Below, in pieces: positions 51,650 to 63,708 of a stretch of 64,000 bases of DNA (position 1 is the first letter of the stretch; each line of letters starts with the position of its first letter). Below the pieces are notes generated by a model that saw only the letters and a list, made by a program, of their open reading frames with translations, did not search any database and was not told the DNA's origin. The position numbers and the translations under genes are program-made. This DNA is from a bacterium (GTDB taxonomy: Bacteria > Bacteroidota > Ignavibacteria > UBA10030), in the NCBI GenBank assembly GCA_043803945.1, contig JAZDJN010000087.1, positions 128,001 to 192,000 on the forward strand, in the 5' to 3' direction.

Positions 51650-52675
51650 ATGGTAGAACAAAAACCAATTTCTATTATTGGGGCTTCGGGGTATTCAGGA
51701 GCGGAGTTGCTCAGGTTTCTGCTCAAGCACAAAGGTATTCATATCGAAAAAATCTTTGCCGCCAGTTCTGCAGGGAAGCGAGTTGATGAACTCTACCCAT
51801 GGTTTAGCGGTGCAACAGAACTTGTCTATGAACAGTACTCGCCCGATGCGATCAAATCGAGCGATCTGGTATTCATCGCACTTCCTTCTGGTGAGGCAAT
51901 GAATATTGTTCCAGAGTTGCTCAGCCGCGGCAAGCGGGTGATCGATCTTGGCGGCGATTACCGGTTGAAAGATGATTCTCTCTATACGCGGTACTACAAG
52001 CATGAGCATACATCAAAAGACCTTCTTCAGCAGGCAGTGTATGGATTGCCGGAGTGGAACCGTGAAAAAATCAAATCAGCACAATTAGTTGCCAACCCGG
52101 GATGCTACCCAACCAGCGCGATTCTTCCGCTCGCTCCTCTCTTGAAAGATGGATTCATTGAACGGAATGGTATTACAATCAACTCACTCTCCGGAACATC
52201 CGGTGCAGGGCGAAGTGCCGGTCTCGACCTTTCCTTTGCTGAAGTCAATGAAACGGTGAAGGCGTACAAAGTCGGCAATCATCAACACATTCCGGAAATC
52301 ATTTCTTTGCTTAAGGAGTTCTCCTCCGGCAGTGTGAATCTTACGTTCGTTCCTCATCTTCTCCCGATTACAAGGGGCATATACACAAGTATTTCTGCAA
52401 CACTCGTTAATGGGTCGAAGCAGCTCGACATTCTCAGCACGTACGACAAATATTATGCTTCGGATTATTTTGTTCGGTATTCCGACTCTGTTATTCCCGA
52501 GATGAAGCATGTGAATTATACCAACTTCATTAACATCGGCTTTCGCCTATATCCAGAGAGTAATCAGATTATTGTTCTCTCAGCCATCGACAACCTGATA
52601 AAAGGTGCAGCCGGACAGGCGATACAGAATATGAATATCATGTTTGGATTTACCGAAACGGAAGGATTACTGTGA
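51650..52675 (+). CDS. argC: N-acetyl-gamma-glutamyl-phosphate reductase
   Basis: IIGASGYSG, ANPGCYPT, SGTSGAGR, DNLIKGAAGQAIQN. Confidence 0.96.
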   Translation: MVEQKPISIIGASGYSGAELLRFLLKHKGIHIEKIFAASSAGKRVDELYPWFSGATELVYEQYSPDAIKSSDLVFIALPSGEAMNIVPELLSRGKRVIDLGGDYRLKDDSLYTRYYKHEHTSKDLLQQAVYGLPEWNREKIKSAQLVANPGCYPTSAILPLAPLLKDGFIERNGITINSLSGTSGAGRSAGLDLSFAEVNETVKAYKVGNHQHIPEIISLLKEFSSGSVNLTFVPHLLPITRGIYTSISATLVNGSKQLDILSTYDKYYASDYFVRYSDSVIPEMKHVNYTNFINIGFRLYPESNQIIVLSAIDNLIKGAAGQAIQNMNIMFGFTETEGLL

Positions 52676-53886
52676 TGACGAATTTCGTGGAATGCGGAAG
52701 CGGCGTAACTGCTCCAAAAGGATTTCTTGCTTCGGGCCTCTATTGCGGGATACGAAAAGCAAAAAAGGATATTGCTTTGATCTATTCGGAAACACCGGCA
52801 TCCGTTGCTGCGGTTTTTACGTTGAATAAAACTCAGGCCGCTCCGATTCTTGTCGACAAGATCCAATTGAAACGATCATCGCTCTGCTCTGCGGTTCTCG
52901 TCAACAGCGGCAATGCAAATGCCTGTACAGGGGAACGCGGTTTAAACGATGCCTGGCAGATGGTGCGAACAGCGGCAGAAGTACTTGCGATTCCCGAGGA
53001 ACAGGTCATGGTCTCCTCCACAGGCATCATCGGTCAATATCTTCCGATGGAAAAGATCACCGCTTCAGTACCGGAGTTGAAGAACACCCTTCGTCGTGAC
53101 GGTTCCCAGTATGCAGCGGATGCTATCATGACCACCGATACATTCTCCAAACAGGTTGCCGTTCAGTTTTCGCTTGGCAATTCCATTGTCACCATTGGCG
53201 GCATGGCAAAAGGCTCCGGAATGATTGCTCCCAATATGGCCACAATGCTCGGTTTTATCACCACCGACGCATTGATTCCTCAACTCTTATTAATGAAGGC
53301 TCTTCAATCGTCGAACAGAAAATCGTTCAACCGGATTTCTGTCGATGGTGATATGAGCACAAATGATCAGGTCATTTTGCTCGCCAATGGCATGGCTCAG
53401 AATCCGCCCATCGCTCAAGATTCTGAAGAGTACGCTCTCTTTTGCTCCGCTCTCGATTACGTTCTCATAAAGCTGGCGAAGATGATTGCCCGGGATGGCG
53501 AGGGTGCAACAAAACTCATCGAAATTATTGTCAAGGGTGCTGCCTCAGAAGGAGAGGCGGAGCAGGCGGCACGCTCGGTCGCAAATTCCAACCTTGTGAA
53601 AACTGCCATTCATGGTGCCGATGCAAACTGGGGACGTATCATTGCCGCGGTCGGTTATTCGGGGATCGAGATGGACCCGAATAATGTAGAGGTGTCATTC
53701 GGCGACCTTCAGATCCTCAAGAAAAATTATGAGATCCTGCTTGATGAAGATCGTGCAAAAGAAATCCTCACACGGGATTTCGTGGTGATTACTATCAATC
53801 TGAATAATGGCGGTCACGCCGTACGATTCTGGACATGCGATCTAACGAAAGAGTATGTTCATATCAATGCTAGTTATCGTTCGTAG
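52672..53886 (+). CDS. argJ: Ornithine acetyltransferase / N-acetylglutamate synthase
   Basis: NSGNANACTG, KGSGMIAPNMATML, DGDMSTND, RDGEGATK. Confidence 0.96.
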   Translation: MMTNFVECGSGVTAPKGFLASGLYCGIRKAKKDIALIYSETPASVAAVFTLNKTQAAPILVDKIQLKRSSLCSAVLVNSGNANACTGERGLNDAWQMVRTAAEVLAIPEEQVMVSSTGIIGQYLPMEKITASVPELKNTLRRDGSQYAADAIMTTDTFSKQVAVQFSLGNSIVTIGGMAKGSGMIAPNMATMLGFITTDALIPQLLLMKALQSSNRKSFNRISVDGDMSTNDQVILLANGMAQNPPIAQDSEEYALFCSALDYVLIKLAKMIARDGEGATKLIEIIVKGAASEGEAEQAARSVANSNLVKTAIHGADANWGRIIAAVGYSGIEMDPNNVEVSFGDLQILKKNYEILLDEDRAKEILTRDFVVITINLNNGGHAVRFWTCDLTKEYVHINASYRS

Positions 53887-53901
53887 AGGAACCTCATTGG
53901 A

Positions 53902-54780
53902 ATGATCGATTATTCAACGAAAGAAGAAGTTCTTATTGAAGCGTTGCCATACATCCAGAAGTACGAAGGAAAAACTTTTGTCATCAAGTATGGCGGCGCG
54001 GCAATGACCAACGAATTATTAAAGCACACCTTTGCCAAGGATGTCACGATCCTCCGCAAAATTGGTATCAATATCGTGATTGTCCATGGCGGCGGAAAAG
54101 AAATCACCGAGACCGCACAGGCGCTCGGTGTTGAGACTCGATTCGTCGACGGGCAGCGGTATACCGATGAAAAGATGATCCATGTTGTCCTGATGGTCCT
54201 GGCGGGAAAGGTGAATAAAGAGATTGTCAACCTTATCAATACCAACGGGGGGAATGCTGTTGGACTTTGCGGTGTTGATAACAGCCTGCTCAAAGCGCAT
54301 ATCTTAACAAGCGGTGACAAGGATCTTGGCTTGGTTGGGGAAATTACCCTGGTGAACAGTCAATACATTTCTCAAATGCTGCAGAACGGCATGATGCCGG
54401 TCATCGCACCACTGGCCATGGGTGAACAGGGGAGTATTTTAAATGTCAATGCCGATCTCGCCGCCGGCGCAATTGCAGCGTCGCTTCAGGCAGAAAAGCT
54501 GGTTTACCTCAGCGACATCGAGGGTGTTCTGGTAAACAAGGAGCTTGTCTCTACGTTGACACGCCAAAATGCGCACGAGATGATTCAACAGAGTGCAATC
54601 TCTGGAGGGATGATTCCCAAGGTGACCTCCGCATTCGAGACACTTGAATCCGGAGTAAACAAGGTGCACATTATTGACGGTCGCATCAAACACTCCCTGT
54701 TACTCGAAATTTTCACCGACGAGGGCATCGGTACACAAATAGTACACGATGAAGACATACTGCTTGCTGGACAAGCTTGA
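53902..54780 (+). CDS. argB: Acetylglutamate kinase
   Basis: VIKYGGAAM, VHGGG, NVNAD, GGMIPK, LLEIFTDEGIGT. Confidence 0.96.
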   Translation: MIDYSTKEEVLIEALPYIQKYEGKTFVIKYGGAAMTNELLKHTFAKDVTILRKIGINIVIVHGGGKEITETAQALGVETRFVDGQRYTDEKMIHVVLMVLAGKVNKEIVNLINTNGGNAVGLCGVDNSLLKAHILTSGDKDLGLVGEITLVNSQYISQMLQNGMMPVIAPLAMGEQGSILNVNADLAAGAIAASLQAEKLVYLSDIEGVLVNKELVSTLTRQNAHEMIQQSAISGGMIPKVTSAFETLESGVNKVHIIDGRIKHSLLLEIFTDEGIGTQIVHDEDILLAGQA

Positions 54781-54842
54781 AACAACGGAGTGTCGATGCG
54801 TGAGAACTTGACACGAAAATCTCACGAACACTCCAGGTACGT

Positions 54843-55304
54843 ATGAAAAAACAAGGTCGACAATTTTCCATCAAAGAGATCATCACCAAACAGGTGATCG
54901 CAAACCAGGAAGAGCTCTGCAGAGCCCTTCAGAAGGCCGGGTATGATGTGACGCAAGCGACCCTTTCGCGCGACCTCAAGGAGCTTGGAATTGCCCGGGT
55001 GAATACATCGGATGGTCTGCGGTATATGCTCCACGGCGAGAGTGAAGAGCAGCGGCTCAAACCGTTCATCGGTCGGGAAGTCGAGACAATCGATGCGAAC
55101 GAAACGATGGTTGTCATTAAAACACTGCCTGGGCGAGCACAGGGCGTTGCCGAGATTATCGACAGCATGCATCATATGGCGATCCTCGGAACGCTTGCCG
55201 GCGACAATACAATTTTTGTCACACCCTCATCGGTTAACAGAACCGATGAGGTACTCAAGCTCCTCCACAGCTTAATGACCGAGAAGAAACAGGAAATCGC
55301 CTGA
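54843..55304 (+). CDS. argR: Arginine repressor
   Basis: TQATLSRDLKELG, TLPGRA, GTLAGDNTIF. Confidence 0.95.
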   Translation: MKKQGRQFSIKEIITKQVIANQEELCRALQKAGYDVTQATLSRDLKELGIARVNTSDGLRYMLHGESEEQRLKPFIGREVETIDANETMVVIKTLPGRAQGVAEIIDSMHHMAILGTLAGDNTIFVTPSSVNRTDEVLKLLHSLMTEKKQEIA

Positions 55305-55441
55305 TCGTTGCCCTTGAATGGGATTGAGGTTTTGACGATCGATGCGGTGCGAAGAGTGGTTCCCGGTTTTGTGAAGAGGAAAAAGACGATCGAAAACCCA
55401 TGGTATTATTTATCTCATTCACGGAAGGCAAGGATTAGAAA

Positions 55442-56713
55442 TTGAAGAAAGAACGAATTGCTGTTGCTTACTCCGGAGGCCTTGATACTTCTGTTATTGT
55501 GAAGTGGCTTCAGGAACACCACAATGCCGAAATTATTACCGTCACCGGAAATCTCGGTCAGAAAAAAGAACTGATCGGCGTACCGGAAAAAGCATACAAA
55601 ACTGGTGCAAAAAAAGTCTATGTGCAGGATCTCCGCAAGGAGTTTGTTGAAGAGTATATCTTCCCTGCGTTGAAGGCGGGAGCGTTGTATGAACACTCTT
55701 ACCCCATGGCCACCTCTATTGGCCGGCCGTTATTGGCAAAAGCTCTTGTGGATGTTGCACTGCGTGAGAATTGTACAGCCGTAGCGCATGGCTGCACGGG
55801 AAAAGGAAACGATCAGGTACGGTTCGAAGCCTCGGTGGCTGCGCTTGCTCCTCACTTAAAGGTGATCGCTCCCCTCAGGGAGTGGGAGTTTAAATCACGT
55901 GAAGACGAAATCGCATACTGCGAACAACACGATATCCCGGTAAAGGCAACAAAAGAAAGCCCGTACTCAATTGATGAAAATCTTTGGGGGACAGCCATCG
56001 AGTGCGGTATTTTGGAAGACCCAACGGTTGAGCCTCCCGAGGATGCTTTTTTGAGAACCGTCTCACCGTTGGATGCCCCGGATTCTCCCGCGTATGTGAG
56101 TATCGGATTTCACGAAGGCGTTCCTGTAGCTCTTAATGGAAAAAAGATGGGCGGTGTTGAACTTATCGAATCATTGAATGACCTTGCTGGCGCGAACGGT
56201 ATCGGCCGTCTCGATCTTATTGAGAACCGTCTCGTCGGTATTAAGTCCCGCGAAATTTACGAAGCCCCGGCCGCCACGGCCCTTCATTTTGCTCATCGTG
56301 AACTTGAACGCCTCACACTGGACAAGGAAGTTTCTCACTACAAGGCAAAAGTCTCCCACGATTATGCCGATCTCATTTATAATGGGCTCTGGTTTACACC
56401 GCTCCGCGAAGCATTGGATTCATTTATCAATGAAACACAGAAGTGTGTTACTGGTACTGTCAAGCTGAAGTTTTACAAAGGAAACATCGACATCTCTTCC
56501 CGCACATCGCCATATTCCCTTTATGATACAAAGCTTGCAACTTACACCAGTGAAGATACGTTCGATCACCGTGCCAGTGCAGGATTTATCAAGATATATT
56601 CTCTGCCAATGAAAACTTTTTATCAGGTCAACAGGAAGCGATTCTTAAAGAATGGCAAGTCGAAACACAACGGTAACCGGATACAGAAAGTGTTCAAAAA
56701 GGTAAAGGCATAG
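55442..56713 (+). CDS. argG: Argininosuccinate synthase
   Basis: [39 protein letters not shown]. Confidence 0.97.
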   Translation: MKKERIAVAYSGGLDTSVIVKWLQEHHNAEIITVTGNLGQKKELIGVPEKAYKTGAKKVYVQDLRKEFVEEYIFPALKAGALYEHSYPMATSIGRPLLAKALVDVALRENCTAVAHGCTGKGNDQVRFEASVAALAPHLKVIAPLREWEFKSREDEIAYCEQHDIPVKATKESPYSIDENLWGTAIECGILEDPTVEPPEDAFLRTVSPLDAPDSPAYVSIGFHEGVPVALNGKKMGGVELIESLNDLAGANGIGRLDLIENRLVGIKSREIYEAPAATALHFAHRELERLTLDKEVSHYKAKVSHDYADLIYNGLWFTPLREALDSFINETQKCVTGTVKLKFYKGNIDISSRTSPYSLYDTKLATYTSEDTFDHRASAGFIKIYSLPMKTFYQVNRKRFLKNGKSKHNGNRIQKVFKKVKA

Positions 56714-56738
56714 ATCAGACGCTCTGTTCTCAATTGTC

Positions 56739-56770
56739 AAAGCCGGTGCTAACGTGCCGGCTTTTTTATT
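56739..56770 (+). terminator. Rho-independent terminator of the arg operon
   Basis: AAAGCCGGTGC-TAAC-GTGCCGGC-TTTTTTATT. Confidence 0.85.
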
Positions 56771-56908
56771 TGATAACTGACGTTATGCTAGACGACGACT
56801 CTACTTGGACAAAGTGATTAAATGGTTGAAAGGGGCCAAACGATTTTCCAGGAATCGTTACCCTCGAAACTAGTCTAAACACCTCAATTTTCTCTATCTT
56901 AACACCGT

Positions 56909-57033
56909 TACTTGCCATTATCACCGGAATCTCGTAATATTGTTCGAGAAATCTGAATACACGGCAAGTAGAACTTGCTAATCCTTTCTATCTCTCATAG
57001 AAATAGTCGATAAACAAACGAAAATGGCAAGTA
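56909..57033. promoter_or_regulatory. Putative AbiEi autoregulatory inverted repeats
   Basis: TACTTGCCAT 56909; ACGGCAAGTA 56961; ACTTGCTA 56973; ATGGCAAGTA 57024 overlapping the start codon. Confidence 0.5.
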
Positions 57034-57833
57034 GCGATAAAAAAATAATTGTGTTTTTAGAAACGCATCCTTTATTTACCATTGAAGAATTGCGAGAATA
57101 TTTTTCACTTCCTAGTGGAAGCCGGGAAGCTTCCGATATTCTTCTACACAATAAACGGATGGGACGAATAGGTGTCGTAAAGACTGGGTTGTATTATGTC
57201 GTTCGTCCTGGAAGCACGGACATTTCAACACAAGTCGATCCATTTCTTTTAGCGGCTAAATTAGCAATTGATGCGGTGTTGTCTTTTCACACGGCATTGA
57301 ATCTATTAGGATTCGGTCATAGTATGTTCAACTCCTATTATTACTATTCCCATCGTTTCCGTCCGGCCATACGATTTCGAAACGATCATTTCCGTTGTGT
57401 TCTCCTGCCAGAAACAATGCAAAAGAAGTCATCGGCAATGCTTGGCACGGAAAAACTTGAGCGGTCCGGTGTCAAGGTTGTTGTAACCGGAAAAGAACGA
57501 ACGCTTGTCGATGTGCTTGAGCGACCGCAGTATTGCGGCGGTTTTGAGGAGATGTTCCGCTCTCTTGAAAAAATGCCTTATGTCCAAACGGAACTCATTC
57601 TGAAATATTTGAATTTGCGTGGACAGAAAAATCTCTTCGCACGCGTTGGCTTCTTTCTCGAACAGCATCGCGAACAGTTTCACATCGAAGAATCATTTTT
57701 GCAAACACTTGAGCGCCATAAGCCAGCACAGCCTCTGTATTGGGATCGCTCTCGGAAAGGTGGAGTAATCAAGAACCGTTGGAATCTTATCGTTCCGGAA
57801 GCAGTCGACCAGCGTAAGTGGGAGGAGTTTTAA
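57024..57833 (+). CDS. Type IV toxin-antitoxin AbiEi-like antitoxin
   Basis: N-terminal wHTH-like region (GLYY), SFHTAL..LG, ERTLVDVLERP..CGG; coupled to the toxin by TAATG. Confidence 0.85.
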   Translation: MASSDKKIIVFLETHPLFTIEELREYFSLPSGSREASDILLHNKRMGRIGVVKTGLYYVVRPGSTDISTQVDPFLLAAKLAIDAVLSFHTALNLLGFGHSMFNSYYYYSHRFRPAIRFRNDHFRCVLLPETMQKKSSAMLGTEKLERSGVKVVVTGKERTLVDVLERPQYCGGFEEMFRSLEKMPYVQTELILKYLNLRGQKNLFARVGFFLEQHREQFHIEESFLQTLERHKPAQPLYWDRSRKGGVIKNRWNLIVPEAVDQRKWEEF

Positions 57834-58794
57834 TGTTTTCAAAGGAATACCTCACTAAGCTTGCCGAACAAACGGGTTTTCGTGTTGATAGCTTGCAGAA
57901 GCAGATGACCTTGCTCGACCTTCTTCGAGAGATCTATCGCCATCCGCTTCTTAAAAAGCAATTTGCACTGAAGGGCGGAAGCGCCATTAACCTGTTTTGG
58001 TTTCAGTTGCCCCGCTTGTCTGTCGATATCGATTTGAATTACATCGGCAGCGAAGACCGCGAGACGATGGTAAAGGACCGTCTGAAATTAGAACAAGAGA
58101 TGAAGAAACTTATTGAGTCCAGAGGCATATCAGTAAGGAATGCTCCGGCAGAACATGTTGCGCAAAGTGGCGATTACAGGCACCGAGCGCTTTTGGCGGG
58201 ACATTCAGTCTTGAAATCGATCTCAATTTTATTATGAGAATTCCGGTGTGGGGTGTCGAATCCAAATCTCCGTTTCCCCTGGATGAAGATTATCTCTTTG
58301 AATGCAATATGTTATCATTTGAAGAACTATTCGGAGGAAAAATCAAGGCATTGATGGATCGCTCTACAGCGAGAGACCTCTATGATGTCTACAAGTTGTC
58401 TCAAGTGCGCGACTCGTTTGATATGTCAAAACTAAGGAAAAACTTAATTCTTTTCGGAATCACCTGTGATGATGATTGGAGAAAGAAGGATTTACGCACG
58501 GTAGATGGTATCGATCAGAAAATGGTCGACGAACAACTATCACCATTGCTACGCTCCACTGATTCCGTCGATTTAAAATCAATGAAGAAAACCGTAAAAG
58601 ACTTTCTTGCTGAATTAATAAAATATAGCAAAGATGATAAGCGTTTTATTAACAGATTTTTAGATGACGGCATTTACGAATCCTCACTATTATTCACTGA
58701 TAAGAAACAGGCAAAACTTCTTGAGAAACATCCAGCCGTTCTCTGGAAATTGCAGAATCACCGTCAGTATTTAGGACTTGATAAAAAACCCTAG
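57833..58794 (+). pseudogene. AbiEii-like nucleotidyltransferase toxin with frameshift near 58160
   Basis: LKGGSAINL...RLSVDIDL in the first frame; KWRL...EIDLNF, KIKAL..R..ARDLYD in the second. Confidence 0.82.
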
Positions 58795-58799
58795 TCATT

Positions 58800-59172
58800 A
58801 TGAAACAAACCAGGATTACGCTCTCACAACTCGAAGGCTTTCTAGCCAAAGCGGCCGATTTGCTCTACGGCAAAATAGATGCATCTGATTATAAAGAATA
58901 CATTTTCGGAATGCTGTTCCTCAAACGTTTGTCGGATGTATTCGATGAGAAACGTGATCAATTACGCAAGCAAGATTACAAGCATCTCAATACGGGTAAG
59001 CCGGAAGACGAACAACTTCTTGCAGATATTCTTGAGGATAAACAAAGCTATGGTGTGATTTTTTTTCGTTCCAAAACGAGCGCGATGGAACGAGGGCTTT
59101 AAGGATGAAAATGGTGACCTGCAGCCGCCAATCTGTAATCTAAACGAAAATATCGGAGAAATGCTCAAGTAA
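58800..59172 (+). pseudogene. hsdM: Truncated type I restriction-modification M subunit (N-terminal fragment)
   Basis: [38 protein letters not shown]; frameshift at the T8 run near 59058, then truncated. Confidence 0.8.
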
Positions 59173-59266
59173 ATAATCTACAAATTCGAGCATCGGCACA
59201 TCTTGCACCTTACCTCATTTCTTAATTCCTTTGTTCAGCTATCATTCACCTTATGGACTCCATACA

Positions 59267-61051
59267 ATGAAAAATTCTGCCTTCTTGCTGCTGTCTCTCC
59301 TGTTTCCAGTGCAACTCTTCGGACAACTCTTTATCCGGTCGGAAAAGGATACAACATTCTTTCTTCGGATTATTGTACCGGAAAAAGACACCGTTCGCAC
59401 CGGAGCGCCGCGCTATCGGGTTTCCGCCAGCACAACACCGACTGCAAAAGCTTTCATCAATGAGAAGGAGGTCAAAGTCTATGCCTCTGGTGCATTTGCA
59501 GGATTTCCGCAGATTGGTACGGGCGCAAGCACCATACGATTAACAGTGATCTCGGCAGCAGGTGATTCGCTCACAAAAGAATTTATCTTTGTCCGGCCTG
59601 AAGCTGGAAAATCAATCCCGCGAGATCCTGTGACAATCAATGCCGGTTCTGTTTCACCTTCTCAGGATCTTTGGCTGGGGAAGGATGATATCCTTGAGGT
59701 TAGTTTCAAGGGAAGCGCAGGTTATGATGCCTCCTTTTCCATCGACGGCGTTGAATCTGGAATTCCGATGAAAGAGCAAAGCGAAGGAATGTATATCGGG
59801 CGATATCAGATGAAAGAGACCGATGAAGCGAAGGAAGTGCCGATCAAAGTTCGGTTGCGAAAAAGTTTCTGGAGCAGCGAGGTGGCGTATTCAAAAGGGA
59901 AAGTCTCCCTCCTTCCCCAAGAGCTTCCACGGGTTGCTGAGATTACCGGCCGGAGACCATTTCTCAATGCCGGGCTCGGTGCCGATCGCCTCGGCGGTGC
60001 AAAGCTTGGATTTCTCTCTGCAGGTGTGAAGGTGGTTGTTACCGGAAAAACAGGAAGGCAGTACCGTGTCCGCCTTTCCGAATCGATGAGTGGTTGGCTG
60101 CCTGAAGATTTTGCCAAACTGCTTCCGATAGAAACACCGTTACCCCGTTCTCTCGTCGGTTCTATTCTTGTGACCGGAAGCGGTGGAGAAGATATCATTA
60201 CCGTCTCACTGAGTCAGCGGCTTCTTTATCTCTCCGATCAGGTTGTCGAGCCTGCTGCAATTATTGTGGACATCTTTGGAGCAACATCGAATACCAACTG
60301 GATTACCCATCATCTGACAGCAAAGGGAATTGAGAGTGTGATCTGGGATCAGGTTGGAACCGAGCATTACCGTCTGAGCATATCGTTGGCATCCGATCAG
60401 CATTGGGGGTATGATGTCGGTTACGATGCCGGAACAACGTTGCGCATTCGCGTACGGCGGCCACCCCTGATCAAAGAGCCTGACCAGGTACTCAAGGGAA
60501 TGATCTTTGCCGTCGATGCTGGCCATGGCGGGAATTCCGATGGCGCTCTTGGCTCAACCGGTGTACGGGAGAAAGATGTCAACATGGCAATTGTCAGGCA
60601 TCTCGATTCGCTCCTCCTGCAACGGGGTGCCAAGGTGGTGCTGACACGCAGTAACGATTCCGATATTTCTATGGCAACCCGCACCGATACGATTATCAAT
60701 TCCGGCGCAAGGATTCTCATCAGTGTCCATTGTAACTCGATCGGCGAAACATCCAATCCCGAGACTGTCAACGGAACTAGCACCTACTATCGGCATCTGG
60801 GGTTTAAGACGCTTGCGGACATTATGTATGGCAAGATGCTTTCCCTGGGATTGGATCAATTCGGTGTTGTGGGGAGCTTCAATTTTTCACTGAGTGCGCC
60901 GACACAATTGCCGAACGTTTTGGTTGAGACTGCCTTTCTCTCCAACCCGGAAGATGAAATGAAATTGCTTAATGACGGATTCCGGAGATCGGTAGCAGAG
61001 AAGATAGTAGAGGGATTGGAGGAGTTTATCCTTGCTTCTGGGATTCGATAG
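59267..61051 (+). CDS. Exported N-acetylmuramoyl-L-alanine amidase (Amidase_3)
   Basis: VDAGHGG, REKDVN, LTR, ISVHCNS, VLVETAFLSNPED. Confidence 0.92.
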   Translation: MKNSAFLLLSLLFPVQLFGQLFIRSEKDTTFFLRIIVPEKDTVRTGAPRYRVSASTTPTAKAFINEKEVKVYASGAFAGFPQIGTGASTIRLTVISAAGDSLTKEFIFVRPEAGKSIPRDPVTINAGSVSPSQDLWLGKDDILEVSFKGSAGYDASFSIDGVESGIPMKEQSEGMYIGRYQMKETDEAKEVPIKVRLRKSFWSSEVAYSKGKVSLLPQELPRVAEITGRRPFLNAGLGADRLGGAKLGFLSAGVKVVVTGKTGRQYRVRLSESMSGWLPEDFAKLLPIETPLPRSLVGSILVTGSGGEDIITVSLSQRLLYLSDQVVEPAAIIVDIFGATSNTNWITHHLTAKGIESVIWDQVGTEHYRLSISLASDQHWGYDVGYDAGTTLRIRVRRPPLIKEPDQVLKGMIFAVDAGHGGNSDGALGSTGVREKDVNMAIVRHLDSLLLQRGAKVVLTRSNDSDISMATRTDTIINSGARILISVHCNSIGETSNPETVNGTSTYYRHLGFKTLADIMYGKMLSLGLDQFGVVGSFNFSLSAPTQLPNVLVETAFLSNPEDEMKLLNDGFRRSVAEKIVEGLEEFILASGIR

Positions 61052-61139
61052 ACAAATATCAGCACATCAACTGTGGACACCATGACCAATTACCATGTCG
61101 TGACCCCATGCTAAGCCATCTCTCCACAGCATGGAAAGA

Positions 61140-61171
61140 GCTTCAATCCACGCTCCCACGTGGAGTACAAC
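61140..61171 (-). repeat. Single degenerate type I-C-like CRISPR repeat (32 bp)
   Basis: Minus strand GTTGTACTCCACGTGGGAGCGTGGATTGAAGC resembles the I-C consensus GTCGC....GCGTGGATTGAAAC. Confidence 0.65.
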
Positions 61172-61179
61172 ACTATCTA

Positions 61180-61757
61180 CGGTTCATCCCCGCACGCACG
61201 GGGAACACTAACATCTACAAAATCGAACTTTTAGTGCGGACGGTTCATCCCCGCACGCACGGGGAACACTATCATTTCCATAATCAATTGCCGTTGGAAC
61301 ACGGTTCATCCCCGCACGCACGGGGAACACAGTAGAACGCTTGCGCTCTGAAATAAGGAAGGCGGTTCATCCCCGCACGCACGGGGAACACGCATAGATG
61401 GAAATGACCATCAATATATTCTTCGGTTCATCCCCGCACGCACGGGGAACACCATGCGAATTTCTCAGAGACGGTTTCATAGGACGGTTCATCCCCGCAC
61501 GCACGGGGAACACTACTATCGTCACCGTCGCTCCGGTGAGCTTGTCGGTTCATCCCCGCACGCACGGGGAACACAATATCCCAGGGGATAGGCACGCCTT
61601 TCCAAACGGTTCATCCCCGCACGCACGGGGAACACAATGAATTGGTATTCATGCCCCGAGTGACTATCGGTTCATCCCCGCACGCACGGGGAACACGAAA
61701 TCGAAAATCTCGACCTATCTGATGATCCCGGTTCATCCCCGCACGCACGGGGAACAC
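61180..61757 (-). CRISPR. Type I-E CRISPR array: 10 identical 29-bp repeats and 9 spacers of 32 bp
   Basis: GTGTTCCCCGTGCGTGCGGGGATGAACCG (minus strand) with 61-bp period; likely leader 61758-61825. Confidence 0.97.
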
Positions 61758-61825
61758 ACTTCTTCCACTGCCCTGTAACTATTGTACAAAATCGATGTTC
61801 CTCAACCTACCAATAAAAAATTCTC

Positions 61826-62927
<1,102 letters not shown>

Positions 62928-62954
62928 TCGTATGTCTCCTCTCTGTTCAACAAG

Positions 62955-63022
62955 TTACTTGATACGCCTAACCATCATCAGTCCGCAACCGAAGCCTTTG
63001 GCAGGGCCGATGCTGAAATCAT
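62955..63022 (-). pseudogene. cas6e: Cas6e remnant (start codon plus last about 19 codons only)
   Basis: ATG ATT TCA GC joined out of frame to IGPAKGFGCGLMMVRRIK*, the Cas6e glycine-rich loop. Confidence 0.78.
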
Positions 63023-63027
63023 GTATC

Positions 63028-63708
63028 CTAACGATTCTCGGATGCTTGCCACGTTCGCACTCTTCTTGGCGAAAATAATCTCCGCTCCGTGGCGAAGGAT
63101 ACCGGTGTATCAGGAATAGAATCGCGCCCCTCGGCAAAGTCTTCGACCTCCTCTTGCCGAGTGAAAGATTCAAGCGGCTTTTCTCCAATGAGGAGGCGAA
63201 GCGCATCGTCCCGATTGTCCTTCAAACCGGCAAGAACCGGCGCCGACGGAATACAGGTCTTGCGTCCCAACCAAATCCCCCATTTTGGCTCAGCAAGACC
63301 AGCGGCAATTCCACTCAACAACATTGACTCTCCTTTCAGGAGTACGCCGAAGGCTGCGTCCGTTAAGTACTGGCGATGAGTTAAGACGCAATCATTGTTG
63401 ATCGTACCGCTCGCACGTCTTGTATTCTGAACGGTATGATAATCCTGCAACCGTTTAACCGGAAGTTCTTTTTCCCTTACGTATCGAGGTATGGCAATCG
63501 CAGTCATCTGCACTTTTTGAAACAATGCAAGAAAATTCTGCTCCTGTTCGCTTCCACGCGGATAGCCAAGCGCAGCACAGCATATGCCCGCGATGGCGCT
63601 CTTCGTCGGCATCAGGCCCGTATTGCGGCGGTTGTATTGGCTGTCGAACCCCCAGGATTGAAGAGGACCCTCTAGACGAAGAGCCAGAAATTTGTTATCA
63701 GATGACAT
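63028..63708 (-). CDS. cas5e: Type I-E Cas5 (CasD)
   Basis: LRLEGPLQSWG, PTKSAIAG..CAALG, DYHTV, RQYLTDAAF, WLGRKTCIPS. Confidence 0.93.
   Translation of the reverse strand: MSSDNKFLALRLEGPLQSWGFDSQYNRRNTGLMPTKSAIAGICCAALGYPRGSEQEQNFLALFQKVQMTAIAIPRYVREKELPVKRLQDYHTVQNTRRASGTINNDCVLTHRQYLTDAAFGVLLKGESMLLSGIAAGLAEPKWGIWLGRKTCIPSAPVLAGLKDNRDDALRLLIGEKPLESFTRQEEVEDFAEGRDSIPDTPVSFATERRLFSPRRVRTWQASENR

Noticed and set aside
61108-61640. Short ORFs across the CRISPR array, and antisense ORFs such as 5502..6224 and 45172..45954
   Set aside because: Translations of repeats or shadows of well-supported genes on the other strand
61209-61728. Spacers self-targeting this window
   Set aside because: No match noticed by eye; a proper search is needed
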